Below are positions 42,686-53,171 of a stretch of 53,171 nucleotides of DNA, one piece after another. The notes below the pieces were generated by a model that was not told the origin of the DNA, searched no databases, and saw only the letters and a program-made list of their open reading frames with translations. The translations under genes were made by a program, and so were the position numbers. This DNA is from Gammaproteobacteria bacterium (lineage in GTDB: Bacteria > Pseudomonadota > Gammaproteobacteria > Chromatiales > Chromatiaceae), in contig RFHJ01000056.1 in the NCBI GenBank assembly GCA_003696905.1, positions 1 through 53,171 of the forward strand, read 5' to 3'. Each line of letters opens with the position of its first letter. Within the stretch, counting starts at the first letter, position 1.

Positions 42686-43276
42686 CTACAGCGCCCCCTT
42701 GGTGGAGGGAATCACGTCCTGCATGCGCGGGTCCGGTTCCAATGCCATCCGCAGGGCACGGCCGAAGGCCTTGAACACGGTCTCGGCCTGATGGTGGGCA
42801 TTGCGGCCACGCAGATTGTCCACGTGCAGGGTGACCAGAGCGTGATTGACGAAGCCCTGGAAAAACTCGTGGAACAGGTCGACGTCGAAGCCGCCGATGA
42901 CCGCCCGGCTGAAATCGACATGGAACTCGAGCCCCGGGCGGCCGGAGAGATCGAGCACCACCCGCGAGAGCGCCTCGTCCAGCGGCACATAGGCGTGGCC
43001 GTAACGGCGAATGCCCTTCTTGTCGCCCAGCGCCCGGGCAAGGGCCTGCCCCAGGGTGATGCCGATATCCTCGACCGTGTGATGGGCATCGATGTGCAGG
43101 TCGCCCCGGGCCTCGACATCCAGATCGATCATGCCATGGCGGGCCACCTGGTCGAGCATGTGCTCGAGAAAGGGGACGCCGGTTTCCAGGTTGCAACGGC
43201 CGTTGCCATCGAGATCGATCGCGACGGTGATCTGGGTCTCCAGGGTATTGCGCTCGACGCGCGCGCTGCGGGGCAT
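42686..43276 (-). CDS. hisB: Imidazoleglycerol-phosphate dehydratase
   Basis: [37 protein letters not shown]. Confidence 0.97.
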   Translation of the reverse strand: MPRSARVERNTLETQITVAIDLDGNGRCNLETGVPFLEHMLDQVARHGMIDLDVEARGDLHIDAHHTVEDIGITLGQALARALGDKKGIRRYGHAYVPLDEALSRVVLDLSGRPGLEFHVDFSRAVIGGFDVDLFHEFFQGFVNHALVTLHVDNLRGRNAHHQAETVFKAFGRALRMALEPDPRMQDVIPSTKGAL

Positions 43277-43359
43277 CGACACAGGCCTCGGGTGGAAAAT
43301 CGGAAGCTGACATTCTATGCCAAAAAGGCCCTCTCTGTCAGAGACCGGTGGCACCACCA

Positions 43360-43522
43360 CAGGGTAACGTCATCCAACCGCAGCAGAGCGGGTCGTCTGC
43401 CCGGAAAAACGCCGTAAATACATCCCTGTAGGCTCGACGGCGGCATCCCTGCCGCCGACGTTTTCCGTGCAGACACCCGCTCCACTTTTCAACAGCTTAC
43501 GAACTTAGATGACGGGACCCTG
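43360..43522 (-). mobile_element. 163-bp MITE, copy B (ISAs1-like CAGGG termini)
   Basis: TIRs CAGGGTAACGTCATCCAA...TTAGATGACGGGACCCTG; perfect 10-bp direct repeat GGCACCACCA at 43350-59 and 43523-32; inverted homologue of 6644-6806. Confidence 0.88.
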
Positions 43523-43549
43523 GGCACCACCACCGGCTCGCCTTCGAAC

Positions 43550-43987
43550 TCAGGTCTCCAGCCAGAAGGTGACCGGCCCGTCGTTGACCAAGGCCACCTG
43601 CATATCCGCGCCGAAGACCCCCGTCGCCACCGGTGAGTGGGCGGATCGCGCCTGAACCACGAGGTGATCGAATAGACGGCGCCCGAGTTCCGGAGGCGCC
43701 GCCCGCGAGAAACTCGGCCGCGCGCCCTTCCGGGTATCGGCCACCAGGGTGAACTGGGATACCAGCAGCAGTCCGCCGCCCACCTGTTGCAGACTGAGAT
43801 TCATCCGTCCTTCGCGATCGGCGAAGATCCGATACCCCAGCATGCGCTGCAGCAACCGATCGGCCTGCGCCTCGGTATCGTCTCTCTCCACCCCTATCAG
43901 CGCCAACAGACCCGGGCCTATCTCGCCCACGATCTCGCCCGCCACGCTGACCCGTGCCTCGCCCACCCTTTGGACCAATCCAATCAC
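43550..43987 (-). CDS. dtd: D-aminoacyl-tRNA deacylase
   Basis: [37 protein letters not shown]. Confidence 0.96.
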   Translation of the reverse strand: MIGLVQRVGEARVSVAGEIVGEIGPGLLALIGVERDDTEAQADRLLQRMLGYRIFADREGRMNLSLQQVGGGLLLVSQFTLVADTRKGARPSFSRAAPPELGRRLFDHLVVQARSAHSPVATGVFGADMQVALVNDGPVTFWLET

Positions 43988-44092
43988 ACCACCTCTCCAT
44001 CATGCCTAGACTTTTCGACCGGTTCGCCGATAGCATTCGGCGACGTGCAGGACTATATTCTGAACCTCCACAGCCCTGCTACGGATAGCTGA

Positions 44093-46255
44093 ATGAATCA
44101 AAAAGCGGCAACCATCCTCTCCAGCTGGCGCGCCCAGACGATCGAGCGCCTGTGTGACGGGCTCAACCTGCTGCTGGACAACGTCGGCGAGACCCTGGTG
44201 GACTTCGCTGCGAAATCCGAGAACGTCGACCTGCAGACCTCCTTCTTCGACGCGCAGCACCTGTTGACCATGCGAGGAGACATGTTGCTGGCCCGTTTTC
44301 GCGACGAACTCGAGAAATTCGAGCAGGAAGCCACCCCGAAGAAACCCGCCCCTGGCGATGAGACCCTGAGCCTCCTCGAACGCGAGGAATACGAACGGTC
44401 GGTGGCGCTGGAAACCATCACCAACAACTGCGCCCTCCGCAATCAGCAGAACTATCACGCCCTCAAGCAACGCCTTTCGGCCATCTATGGTGGGCGCAAG
44501 TTCCAGTTGGACGACCTGCCACTCAATCCCAAACGCGTTGCCCACGCATTCGAGAACAGCATAGACCGGCTGGAAGTGCCCAGTAGGGTGCTGTTGGTGT
44601 TGTTCACCCTGTTCGATCGCTACGTGATGGGCGAGCTGGATACGGCGGTTTCCGAAATCAACCAGCGACTCGCAGAAGCAGGTGTGCTACCGACAATAAG
44701 GTACACCATTCCCAAACGCAGTGAGCCCGGCCAGCGCGCCAACGCGGCGTCCAAGGATAGAGAACCGGAGGATGCGCCGGACTCGATCCTCCAGGACGAA
44801 CAATCCGTATCCCGCAGCGTCGCGCCCACCGCCGAGCAGACCATGAACGACATCTCGCGTCTGTTGTCATTGCAGCGGCGTCGACGCTCCTATCAAGAGC
44901 TGGGAGAAGCCCCCGCCAACTACCCGCCCATCTCCCCCCAGGAGAGCCAGCGGAGGGTCAACGAGGCCATCGACTCACCGCAACTGGCCGCGCAGGCCCC
45001 CAACCCGGCCCCCCAGATGCTGGTTACCCGCGACAACAAGGTCGTCGTCGACAAGGAGTTGTTGCTCAAGGTTCGGGAGACACTGAAGAAGCAACGCGCC
45101 CTCATCCACTCGTTGATGGGGGGCAGCCGCAATGTCGGCGAGCGGGAACAGAACGCCATCGACATCGTGGGAATGCTGTTCGAGGCGATACTCGACGACG
45201 AGACCATTCCGCCTCAGCTCAAGACCCTGCTCAGCCATCTGCACACCCCTTACCTGAAGATTGCAGTCAACGACCCGGCGTTCCTCAACGACGAACAGCA
45301 TCCGGCCCGGCTATTGCTCGACCGTATGCTGCAACTCGGCATACGCTGGGTAGATCCGGAACGGCTGCGTACCGGCATCTACCCCACACTCCAGTACTGC
45401 GTGCGCAAGATCATCGACTCGAAAGGCGCGCCCGACTACCAGTACCTAAGCGACGAGATCGAACGCAAGGCGAGCCAGCTCGAACAGGCCAAGAAGGTAT
45501 CCGAGAAGCGCATCCTCGAATCGGAGAAAGGACAGACCATGCTGCAGCGGGCACGTCAGTCCGCTGAATCTGCCACCCAGACCCTGCTACGCCAACACAA
45601 GCTGCCAACAGAGGTGCGGATCTTCTTCCATACCCTGTTCAATGACTATTTGAGCCTCTTGTTGCTGCGCAACCAGCTCGACCCTCAGGCCCCGGATTGC
45701 CGCCAGGCATTGGATGCCGCTATTCAATTGATCGAACGGATCGCCCAACAGGACGTACCCGGGGCCGTTGCGGCCGGCGAACGGTTGAACCAACTGATCG
45801 TTCAACTGTTGCCCCATTACGAAGACAAGATCGCCTCCTTCCAACAACGCCTTCCTAAGCTGGCACGTGGTGAATCCGCCCTCCTGACAGAGATGGAAAC
45901 GGCACCCGAGCTGGAACCCGAGGAACCGGAAGAGGAACTGCCAGAGGTGGACGACGCCGCTGTTGCACGGGTACTGGAGATCCCCGTTGGAAGCTGGTTC
46001 CTGCTGCAGACTTCACCCAGCGAACAGCCGGTCCCGGTAAAGCTGCTGTGGTCCAACCCCCACACCCGGCACGTGTTGTTCGTGGACCAACACGGCCTCA
46101 AGCGTGCCCGCATGTCGCTTGAACAGGCCGCGCTGGATCTCGAAAACGGCACCTTGCGTCCTACCAGGGTCAGGGCAGACGGCATCTTTGTCCGGCTACT
46201 GACATCCATCAAGAACAAACTCGAAACTTCTCTGTCCACAGGAACCGACGCATGA
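44093..46255 (+). CDS. DUF1631-like protein
   Basis: Helical protein with LSLLEREEYERSVA, IDIVGMLFEAILDD, HPARLLLD and C-terminal GSWF...KLLW...LFVDQHG; family assigned from recalled pattern. Confidence 0.72.
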   Translation: MNQKAATILSSWRAQTIERLCDGLNLLLDNVGETLVDFAAKSENVDLQTSFFDAQHLLTMRGDMLLARFRDELEKFEQEATPKKPAPGDETLSLLEREEYERSVALETITNNCALRNQQNYHALKQRLSAIYGGRKFQLDDLPLNPKRVAHAFENSIDRLEVPSRVLLVLFTLFDRYVMGELDTAVSEINQRLAEAGVLPTIRYTIPKRSEPGQRANAASKDREPEDAPDSILQDEQSVSRSVAPTAEQTMNDISRLLSLQRRRRSYQELGEAPANYPPISPQESQRRVNEAIDSPQLAAQAPNPAPQMLVTRDNKVVVDKELLLKVRETLKKQRALIHSLMGGSRNVGEREQNAIDIVGMLFEAILDDETIPPQLKTLLSHLHTPYLKIAVNDPAFLNDEQHPARLLLDRMLQLGIRWVDPERLRTGIYPTLQYCVRKIIDSKGAPDYQYLSDEIERKASQLEQAKKVSEKRILESEKGQTMLQRARQSAESATQTLLRQHKLPTEVRIFFHTLFNDYLSLLLLRNQLDPQAPDCRQALDAAIQLIERIAQQDVPGAVAAGERLNQLIVQLLPHYEDKIASFQQRLPKLARGESALLTEMETAPELEPEEPEEELPEVDDAAVARVLEIPVGSWFLLQTSPSEQPVPVKLLWSNPHTRHVLFVDQHGLKRARMSLEQAALDLENGTLRPTRVRADGIFVRLLTSIKNKLETSLSTGTDA

Positions 46256-46608
46256 ACGAGGAACGCCGGAGGGAACCACGGCTCGATGCCCTGCCACTCA
46301 ACCTGTTCGCCTATGACAACCTGAGCAACAAACTGCTCGGTACGCTGGTCAACCTGTCGAGCCGGGGATTGATGATCCTGGGATCCGGGCACGGAGAACC
46401 TGGTGGCGTCATGCAGATCGACTTGCGCAGCGCGGATGCTCCCGACAAACCTCTGTTGTCTCTCGGACTGAAGGTGAGCTGGGTGAGCCCGGCCAATACG
46501 GCGGGAAGTTATTGGATGGGAGGACGCATCATCGGTCTCGAACCCGAACACGCGAAGACGCTGGCGGAACTCCTACAACAACTGCGCCAGCACGCAGACT
46601 CCGCCTGA
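46252..46608 (+). CDS. Single-domain PilZ protein
   Basis: ERRREPR (RxxxR) and NLSSRG (D/NxSxxG); ATGA overlap with the upstream gene. Confidence 0.88.
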   Translation: MNEERRREPRLDALPLNLFAYDNLSNKLLGTLVNLSSRGLMILGSGHGEPGGVMQIDLRSADAPDKPLLSLGLKVSWVSPANTAGSYWMGGRIIGLEPEHAKTLAELLQQLRQHADSA

Positions 46609-47559
46609 TCAGGCCAGCCTGGCCGCGTAGAAATCGGTTGCGCGCACCAGTGCCGCACTGATTTCCGGCTCTCCCGCCGAATGCCCGCTGCGTGGTTGTA
46701 GCGCCAGCTCACTGCGCGGCCAGGCCTTGTGCAATTCCCAGGCGTTCTCCACCGGACAGATGGCATCGTAGCGCCCATGAACGATGGTTCCGGGGATGTC
46801 GGCCAGGCGGCCGGCATCCCTGAGCAGTTGGTTGGGCTCCAGAAAGGCCTTGTTCACAAAGTAATGACTCTCTATACGGGCCATCGCCAGAGCGATGCGA
46901 GGGTCACGAAAATGTGCCACCACGTCCGGATTTGGCTCGAGGGTGGCGCAGCGCCCCTCCCATACCGACCAGGCCCTGGCGGCCGCCATGCGGCGCAGCT
47001 CGTCTTTTCCGGTGAGTAGACGGTGATAGGCACGCAAGAGGTCGTTTCGCTGCTCCGGCTCTATGGGGGCGATGAAGTCCTCCCAATAGTCGGGAAAGAG
47101 ACGGCTTGCACCCTGCTGATAGAACCAGCGGATCTCGTGTTCCCGACAAAGAAAGATTCCGCGCAGGACCAACGCACTCACCCGCTCGGGGTGAGCCTCC
47201 GCATAGGCCAACCCGAGCGTGGAACCCCAGGACCCGCCGAAAACAAGCCATCGCTTGATGCCGAAGTGACGGCGCAGCCATTCGATGTCCTCTACCAGAT
47301 GCCAGGTCGTATTGTCCTCGAGATCCGCATGGGGGCGGGAACGCCCCGCCCCCCGCTGATCGAACAGGATCACACGATAACGGTCGGGGTCGAAGAACTG
47401 ACGGTGCCAGGGCTCACAGCCGGCACCCGGCCCGCCATGCAGGAACACTGCGGGGATACCACCCGGATTCCCCACCTCTTCGACATAGAGCGAATGACGC
47501 TCACTCACCGCCAGCTCATGGCGCGCATAGGGGCGGATGGGCGGATAGAGGGATTCCAT
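46609..47559 (-). CDS. pip: Proline iminopeptidase
   Basis: FLHGGPG, FDQRGAGRS, FGGSWGS, LRGIFL, GRYDAICP, GHS. Confidence 0.95.
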   Translation of the reverse strand: MESLYPPIRPYARHELAVSERHSLYVEEVGNPGGIPAVFLHGGPGAGCEPWHRQFFDPDRYRVILFDQRGAGRSRPHADLEDNTTWHLVEDIEWLRRHFGIKRWLVFGGSWGSTLGLAYAEAHPERVSALVLRGIFLCREHEIRWFYQQGASRLFPDYWEDFIAPIEPEQRNDLLRAYHRLLTGKDELRRMAAARAWSVWEGRCATLEPNPDVVAHFRDPRIALAMARIESHYFVNKAFLEPNQLLRDAGRLADIPGTIVHGRYDAICPVENAWELHKAWPRSELALQPRSGHSAGEPEISAALVRATDFYAARLA

Positions 47560-47845
47560 GGTCAGCCGAGTGCGACAGGCGCCCTGTAATCCCCGTCCCG
47601 CCACAGGCGAGGAAAATGCCTCCGAGCCAGGGCAGCGTTCTCCGACAGGCAGATCATCGGGCGCCGCAGAAAATGCAGCTGCCGCCGGCCAGAAAGGTAC
47701 CGGTCCACAGGAAGCGGACGTGACGGTAGGCGGTGGGCAATCCCCGTTCTCGCGATTGCGGGGTGAGTCAAGGTCTTCTCGTTACGCCCGGCAGCGCGCC
47801 GGGCATCTTTTTGGCCGCCCCAACTCGACCCGATTGGCGCCACGG

Positions 47846-48574
47846 TCAGAAGTCCTCTTCTTCCGGTGGTGGATTGCCGTCGTATACCAGGTTCCTGCGG
47901 CGCTGAAGGTAGGCATCGCGTACGAAGGCATAGGGATCGAGTGCCGCCTCGTCGACCACTCGGCTGGCACTGAGAAGGTCGGCCCGGGTATCGACGAAAT
48001 CCAGGCCGCGCAAGCTCCAGCGCAGAGTGTCATCCTCCAGATAGGTCAACGGATCGGTGAACCAGTCCACCACCACACCAACCGCATCCCTGCCGCTGCT
48101 CGAGCCGATGATGGGCAACACCAGATAAGGTCCGGAGGCGACACCCCAGGTACCGAGTGTCTGCCCGAAATCCTCGTCGTGCCGTGGCAGGTCCATGTTA
48201 CTGGCCACATCGAACAGGCCACCGATACCAAGGGTACTGTTGACCACGACACGCCCCAAGTCATTGGCGGCGCGCCCCACCTTGAGCTGCAAAAGGTTGT
48301 TGATCGCCGTGGTGACATCCCCAAGATTATTGAAGAAATTGGTCACGCCCTTGTCCACCGGGGCGGGGACGATGAACTGGTAACCCTGCGCCAGGGGCTT
48401 GAACAAGGCCCGATCGAGCATGTCGTTGAGACTGAACATGGCCCTGTTGAACCCCTCCAGCGGATCACGAGGGTCGGCAAATTCGGCATCGGTGGTGGCA
48501 CACCCGCTCAGCAGCAGCCCCCCAGCCAAAAGGAGGACCCGTAGCGAATACCCAAAGCGGCTCTTGCTGTTCAT
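47846..48574 (-). CDS. mlaA: MlaA/VacJ family lipoprotein
   Basis: Lipobox [54 protein letters not shown]. Confidence 0.93.
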   Translation of the reverse strand: MNSKSRFGYSLRVLLLAGGLLLSGCATTDAEFADPRDPLEGFNRAMFSLNDMLDRALFKPLAQGYQFIVPAPVDKGVTNFFNNLGDVTTAINNLLQLKVGRAANDLGRVVVNSTLGIGGLFDVASNMDLPRHDEDFGQTLGTWGVASGPYLVLPIIGSSSGRDAVGVVVDWFTDPLTYLEDDTLRWSLRGLDFVDTRADLLSASRVVDEAALDPYAFVRDAYLQRRRNLVYDGNPPPEEEDF

Positions 48575-48764
48575 TGTGGCTTTCCTTGGCTTGCGGTCGT
48601 CGCGGTCACTGGACAAGGAGAGAATCCGTTGCAGGAAAAGGTTTCATTATACGTATCCGACAGGGTACCACGACAGGATTTTGCCCTGTATCGACCAAGA
48701 TGATGGTAACTTGAACCCTTCCGGCACCGCCGCCGACGGACGATTTTGCGAAGATCCTGCGCCG

Positions 48765-49439
48765 ATGGAACAGAAAAACGACGCCGTTCAGTACGACAAA
48801 CGCATGGCCCGACGTTTTCGTGGCTACCTGCCGGTCGTCGTCGATGTGGAAACCGGTGGATTCGACGCCAGCCAGGATGCGTTGTTGGAGGTGGCTGCGG
48901 TGACGCTGAGGCTGACGCCCTCTGGCCATCTCGAGCCGGCGGCGTCCTTCATCGAGCATGTACTCCCCTTTGAAGGCGCCAATCTGGACCCAAAGGCCCT
49001 GGAATTCACCGGTATCGACCCCTGGCACCCGCTCAGACTGGCCAAACCGGAAAAGGACGCGCTCAGCGCCTTGTTCTCCCCGGTGCGCGCCGCGGTCAAG
49101 GCGAGCGGCTGCAAGCGCGCCATACTGGTCGGGCACAATGCCTTCTTCGATCTCGCCTTTCTGAACGCTGCCGTCGCCCGCTGCAACCACAAGCGCAATC
49201 CCTTCCATCCCTTCAGCACCTTCGACACGGTAACCCTGGCCGGGATGGCCTATGGTCAGACGGTGCTGGCCAAGGCGGTGAAGGCGGCTGGGATGGAATG
49301 GGATACGGCACAGGCGCATGGCGCCCTCTATGACGCGGAGATGACCGCCCGGCTGTTCTGCAAGGTGATCAACGACTGGCAAGACCTGGGCGCTCCGCAG
49401 CCTTGGCTGGAGAGCGCGGAGGAAGCCCCCCGGGATTGA
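48765..49439 (+). CDS. rnt: Ribonuclease T
   Basis: [50 protein letters not shown]. Confidence 0.96.
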   Translation: MEQKNDAVQYDKRMARRFRGYLPVVVDVETGGFDASQDALLEVAAVTLRLTPSGHLEPAASFIEHVLPFEGANLDPKALEFTGIDPWHPLRLAKPEKDALSALFSPVRAAVKASGCKRAILVGHNAFFDLAFLNAAVARCNHKRNPFHPFSTFDTVTLAGMAYGQTVLAKAVKAAGMEWDTAQAHGALYDAEMTARLFCKVINDWQDLGAPQPWLESAEEAPRD

Positions 49440-49490
49440 GCAGCGAGACCCCCGCCGCGCCCTCGCCGACGCCGGGACACAAGCGCTCGA

Positions 49491-49835
49491 TCAGCTCTCG
49501 GCTTCCTCCGGCTTGGGCCAGTTCTGCGCGGCCTCCTTGACCATCTTCTGCAACTCGCCACTGGCATGCAGTTCCAGGGTGATGTCACAGCCGCCCACCA
49601 ATTCGCCATTGATATAGACCTGGGGAAAGGTCGGCCAGTCGGCGAATCGCGGCAGGTTCTCGAAGATCTCCGGATCGGCCAGAACGTTGACATAGGCGAA
49701 CTTTTCTCCGCAGTCCTGCAGGGCAGCGGCCGCTCTCGAGGAAAAACCGCACTGCGGAAACTGCGGGGTTCCCTTCATGTAGATAATGATGGGATTTGAC
49801 TCGACCTGCTCTTTGATTCTGTCCAATACATCCAT
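49491..49835 (-). CDS. grxD: Monothiol glutaredoxin Grx4
   Basis: YMKGTPQFPQCGFS, WPTFPQ, GELVGGCDI. Confidence 0.96.
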   Translation of the reverse strand: MDVLDRIKEQVESNPIIIYMKGTPQFPQCGFSSRAAAALQDCGEKFAYVNVLADPEIFENLPRFADWPTFPQVYINGELVGGCDITLELHASGELQKMVKEAAQNWPKPEEAES

Positions 49836-49919
49836 TGCTCGGCACCTCCAGCCTGTTGCTCGACTCCGCCATTCTAGAGGCTGCACCCGCCGGGTTAAAC
49901 CACTCCCTGGAAAGGAGAA

Positions 49920-51689
49920 TCAGATACCGTGCCGCTGCAGCCAGAACTCCAGCAGGGCCAGATGCCACAGCTTGCTCCCCATGATGCGGGTGTGGTGCAT
50001 CTCAGGGGCCTCCAACAGCATTTCCACATAGTCCCGCCGGAAGATCCCCCGTTCACGACACGCCTTTGAATCGAGGATATCGCGCATGAAGTCGAGGAAT
50101 TCACCCCGTACATATTTCAGTGCCGGCATCGGAAAATAACCCTTCGGGCGGTCGATCACCGCATCGGGCACCCGCCCCCGGGCGATCCGCTTGAGCAGAT
50201 ATTTTCCGCCGTCCCTCAGTTTGTACTCGTTGGGGCAGCGTGCGGCGGCCTCGACCAGTTCATGATCGAGAAAGGGTACCCGCGCCTCCAGCCCCCAGGC
50301 CATGGTCATGTTGTCCACCCGTTTGACAGGGTCATCGACGATCAGGGTGGTCACGTCCAGCTTGAACACCGCGTCCATGAAGTCGTCGGTCAGTGGATCC
50401 TCCAGCCGCTGTGCGATGTACTCACCCGTGTAGTCACCGTTGCGATAGGGTGCGGTGAGCATGCGCAACATCTCGTCGTGATCGCGATCGAAGTAGTGCT
50501 TGCGGAAACGCTCGAGGCGGGAGCCTTCCGTCTCGGCGGCCATGCGCGGGTACCAGAAATAGCCGCCGAAGACCTCGTCCGCGCCCTGCCCGGACTGCAC
50601 CACCTTGATGTGCTTCGACACCTGTTCCGACAGCAGATAGAAGGCCACCGCATCCTGGCCGAACATCGGCTCGGCCATGGCATCCACCGCCTCGGGCAGT
50701 CGCCGCAGCACTTCCGTGTTGGGCACCAGGAACTTGTGATGGATGGGGTGGAAGCGCTCGACCACCTGATCGGAGTACTCGAACTCGCTGCCCTTCTCCT
50801 CCGGCTGATCCTCGAAACCCACCGAGAAGGTGTGGAAGCCTTCGACACCGATTTCGTCGAGCAGGGCCACCAGCAGGCTGGAGTCCAGGCCACCCGACAA
50901 CAGCACCCCCACCGGCACATCGGCCACCTCGTTGCGCCGCCGCACCGCTGCCAGGAGCCGCTCGCGGATCAGCTCCACCCACTGCTCCTCGTCCCGCTCC
51001 CCATCACCGTGGCGCGCATCCAGATCCCAGTAGCGGCGCTTCTCGATCCGCCCATCCGATCCGACCACCATGCTGTGCGCCGGCTCGAGTTTGCAAATGC
51101 CTTGCAGGATGGTGCGTGGCGCAGGAATCACCCCGTGCAGGGTGTATTGGAAGTGCAGGCCGGCGGGATCGATACGGGTATCGATTCCCTCGGTACGCAG
51201 CAGCGCCTGGGTGTTGGAGGCAAAGCGCAGCCAACCCTCCCCACTTGCATAGTAGAAAGGCTTGATGCCGAACCGGTCGCGTGCCGCGAACAGTCGCTGC
51301 CTGGTGGTGTCCCAGAGGGCGAAGGCGAACATGCCATGCAATCTCGCCGGACAGTCCTCGCCCCATTCCCGATAGGCCTTGAGGATCACCTCGGTGTCAC
51401 CCTCGGAGACGAACCGGTGGCCCTTGGCCTGCAGCTCCCGACGCAGTTCGCGGTAGTTGTAGATGGCACCGTTGAAGACCAGGCTCAGCTCTCCATCCAC
51501 CATGGGCTGGTGGGAACGCGCCGACAGATCGATGACGGAGAGACGGCGATGGCCCAGAGCGGTCGGGCCGGCCCGCCAGGTCCCCTCGTCGTCGGGACCA
51601 CGCCGCCGCAGCGCAGGCAGCATGCGTTCCACGTTCGCCAGCGAGGCGCCCGCTCCGTCGAATACGATCTCACCACAGAGTCCGCACAC
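49920..51689 (-). CDS. Asparagine-synthetase-family amidotransferase (N-acetylglutaminylglutamine amidotransferase-like)
   Basis: N-terminal Cys2 (MCGLCGE), RRGPD, GHRRLSVID, FNGAIYNY, LLSGGLDSS, VQSGQGADEVFGGY.WY, VDDPVKRVDNMTMAWGLEARVPFLD. Confidence 0.88.
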   Translation of the reverse strand: MCGLCGEIVFDGAGASLANVERMLPALRRRGPDDEGTWRAGPTALGHRRLSVIDLSARSHQPMVDGELSLVFNGAIYNYRELRRELQAKGHRFVSEGDTEVILKAYREWGEDCPARLHGMFAFALWDTTRQRLFAARDRFGIKPFYYASGEGWLRFASNTQALLRTEGIDTRIDPAGLHFQYTLHGVIPAPRTILQGICKLEPAHSMVVGSDGRIEKRRYWDLDARHGDGERDEEQWVELIRERLLAAVRRRNEVADVPVGVLLSGGLDSSLLVALLDEIGVEGFHTFSVGFEDQPEEKGSEFEYSDQVVERFHPIHHKFLVPNTEVLRRLPEAVDAMAEPMFGQDAVAFYLLSEQVSKHIKVVQSGQGADEVFGGYFWYPRMAAETEGSRLERFRKHYFDRDHDEMLRMLTAPYRNGDYTGEYIAQRLEDPLTDDFMDAVFKLDVTTLIVDDPVKRVDNMTMAWGLEARVPFLDHELVEAAARCPNEYKLRDGGKYLLKRIARGRVPDAVIDRPKGYFPMPALKYVRGEFLDFMRDILDSKACRERGIFRRDYVEMLLEAPEMHHTRIMGSKLWHLALLEFWLQRHGI

Positions 51690-53171
51690 TAGGCACCACC
51701 CCCAGCATCATTGCTCCGCCCATCGCCATGCCCCCAGCCACCACCTCCCGGTGTCTCGATACTGAGCCGGTCACCGACGCCCACCTCACCCTCACACTTA
51801 CCCGGCAGGGGTTCCCCGTTGAGCAGATTACGGCCCGGCCGGGCTGGTCCACCACCGGCGAGCCCCCAGGGGGCATGGCGGCGGCGCTCGGTCAACAGCG
51901 TGAAGTGGGCCGGCGCCAGAAATTCCAGTTCACGAATGAGACCGTCGCCACCCCGGTGCCAGCCATCTCCACCACTGCCGCGACGCAGGGCATAACGCCC
52001 GACGCGCAGCGGATAGTAACTTTCGAGAATCTCAACGGGTGTATTCAATGTATTGGTCATGTGCGTCTGCACCGCATCCAGGCCGCTGTCGAGCACATGG
52101 GCCCCCATGCCGCCCCCGAGCGTTTCATAGTAACTCCAGGCATGGGGGCCAGCGGCGCCGATGGCCAGATTGTTCATGCTGCCGTGGCTGGCGGCAGGAA
52201 TCAGTTCCGGTTCGGCCTGGGCCAGGGCACCCAGCAACACGTCGACCACTCGGGTGCTGGTCTCCACGTTGCCCGCAGCCACGGCAGCCGGACGATGTGC
52301 GTTCAAGAGGCTCCCGGCCGGCGCTGTCAGCTCGATCGGCCGAAAGGCACCGGCACAGGCCGGCGTCTGCGGAGGCATCAGGCAGCGGAAGACATAGAAC
52401 ACGGCCGCAGCGGTCACGGCGAGCGGACAATTGACGTTTCCCTCGACCTGAGGCGCCGAACCCGTAAAGTCCACCCTGACCCCTTCGTCGGCGACCAGGA
52501 TCTCGACCCGTATCGGAATGTCACGACGTCCCTGGCCGTCGTCGTCCAAGAGATCCTCGAAGTGATACGACCCCACTGGAAGACGCTGCAGCGCACTGCG
52601 CGCCAGACGCTCTGCATAATCATTCAGGGCCGCCAGTCCCTCCCTGTAGCGGTCCTCGCCAATACCGGCAATCAGGCTGCCGAGCGCCCTGGCACCGGCC
52701 CGATTCGCGGCGAGCTGGGCCGAGAAATCGCCGGCCGACTCCCGCGTATTGCCTGCCGCGCCGGACAGCCCGTCGAGCAGGGCCTGGTTCGTGCGCCCCG
52801 CGGAGACCAGATGAGTCGGCGGAATGATCTGCCCTTCTTCCTCGAGGCTGCGCGAGATGGGCATGCTGCCCGGACGCTGCGCACCGATGTCGGCATGATG
52901 GGCCCGGTTGACCACGAAACCCATCAGGCAGCCATCCGAGAACACGGGCGCCACCAGCGTGACGTCCGGGAGATGGGTGCCACCGAGAAAAGGGTCGTTG
53001 AAGACCACCTGGTCGCCTGGCCGCCAATCGATGTCGGATACCACGTCGCTCATGGCATAGGCCATGCTGCCGAGATGCACCGGGATATGCGCGGCCTGGG
53101 CGCAGAGTTCGCCGTCTGCATCGAAGATGGCACAGGAGAAATCCAGACGGTCCCGTATGTTGGGAGAAAAG
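51689..53171 (-). CDS. Hydantoinase B/5-oxoprolinase family protein (5' end outside the window)
   Basis: Frame is open to the window edge ([17 protein letters not shown]...HIPVHLGSM); [47 protein letters not shown]. Confidence 0.92.
   Translation of the reverse strand, partial: FSPNIRDRLDFSCAIFDADGELCAQAAHIPVHLGSMAYAMSDVVSDIDWRPGDQVVFNDPFLGGTHLPDVTLVAPVFSDGCLMGFVVNRAHHADIGAQRPGSMPISRSLEEEGQIIPPTHLVSAGRTNQALLDGLSGAAGNTRESAGDFSAQLAANRAGARALGSLIAGIGEDRYREGLAALNDYAERLARSALQRLPVGSYHFEDLLDDDGQGRRDIPIRVEILVADEGVRVDFTGSAPQVEGNVNCPLAVTAAAVFYVFRCLMPPQTPACAGAFRPIELTAPAGSLLNAHRPAAVAAGNVETSTRVVDVLLGALAQAEPELIPAASHGSMNNLAIGAAGPHAWSYYETLGGGMGAHVLDSGLDAVQTHMTNTLNTPVEILESYYPLRVGRYALRRGSGGDGWHRGGDGLIRELEFLAPAHFTLLTERRRHAPWGLAGGGPARPGRNLLNGEPLPGKCEGEVGVGDRLSIETPGGGGWGHGDGRSNDAGGGA

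Overview
GC-rich (visually about 65%) gammaproteobacterial chromosome segment, mostly housekeeping: ubiX(partial)-mpl, rnd, glcF, IMPase, slt, rsd, folK/folB, plsY, tsaD, rpsU-yqeY-dnaG-rpoD, tRNA-Ile2(CAU), tatABC, hisBHAFE, dtd, DUF1631-PilZ, pip, mlaA, rnt, grxD, an Asn-synthetase-family amidotransferase and a partial hydantoinase B/oxoprolinase. The main accessory features are as follows. (1) A ~9 kb co-oriented signalling cluster between folB and plsY: exported rhodanese, membrane MCP, soluble CZB-MCP, CheV, HDOD, Cys-rich periplasmic binding protein and GGDEF-EAL. (2) Three ~165-bp MITE-like elements with two different kinds of termini. Two have CAGG ends and perfect 10-bp target duplications, and one has CTAA-flanked ends. 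All three carry the same covarying two-hairpin core whose loops match the CsrA/RsmA ANGGA motif. (3) A tRNA leader built from repeated tRNA 5' fragments and five GGA-loop hairpins. (4) A 777-aa protein with a non-canonical class III nucleotidyl cyclase domain, between rsd and a Sel1-repeat gene. (5) TatC with a FimV-like C-terminal tail. (6) A lower-GC PEP-CTERM gene next to the tRNA. All calls come from reading motifs by eye; no database searches were run.
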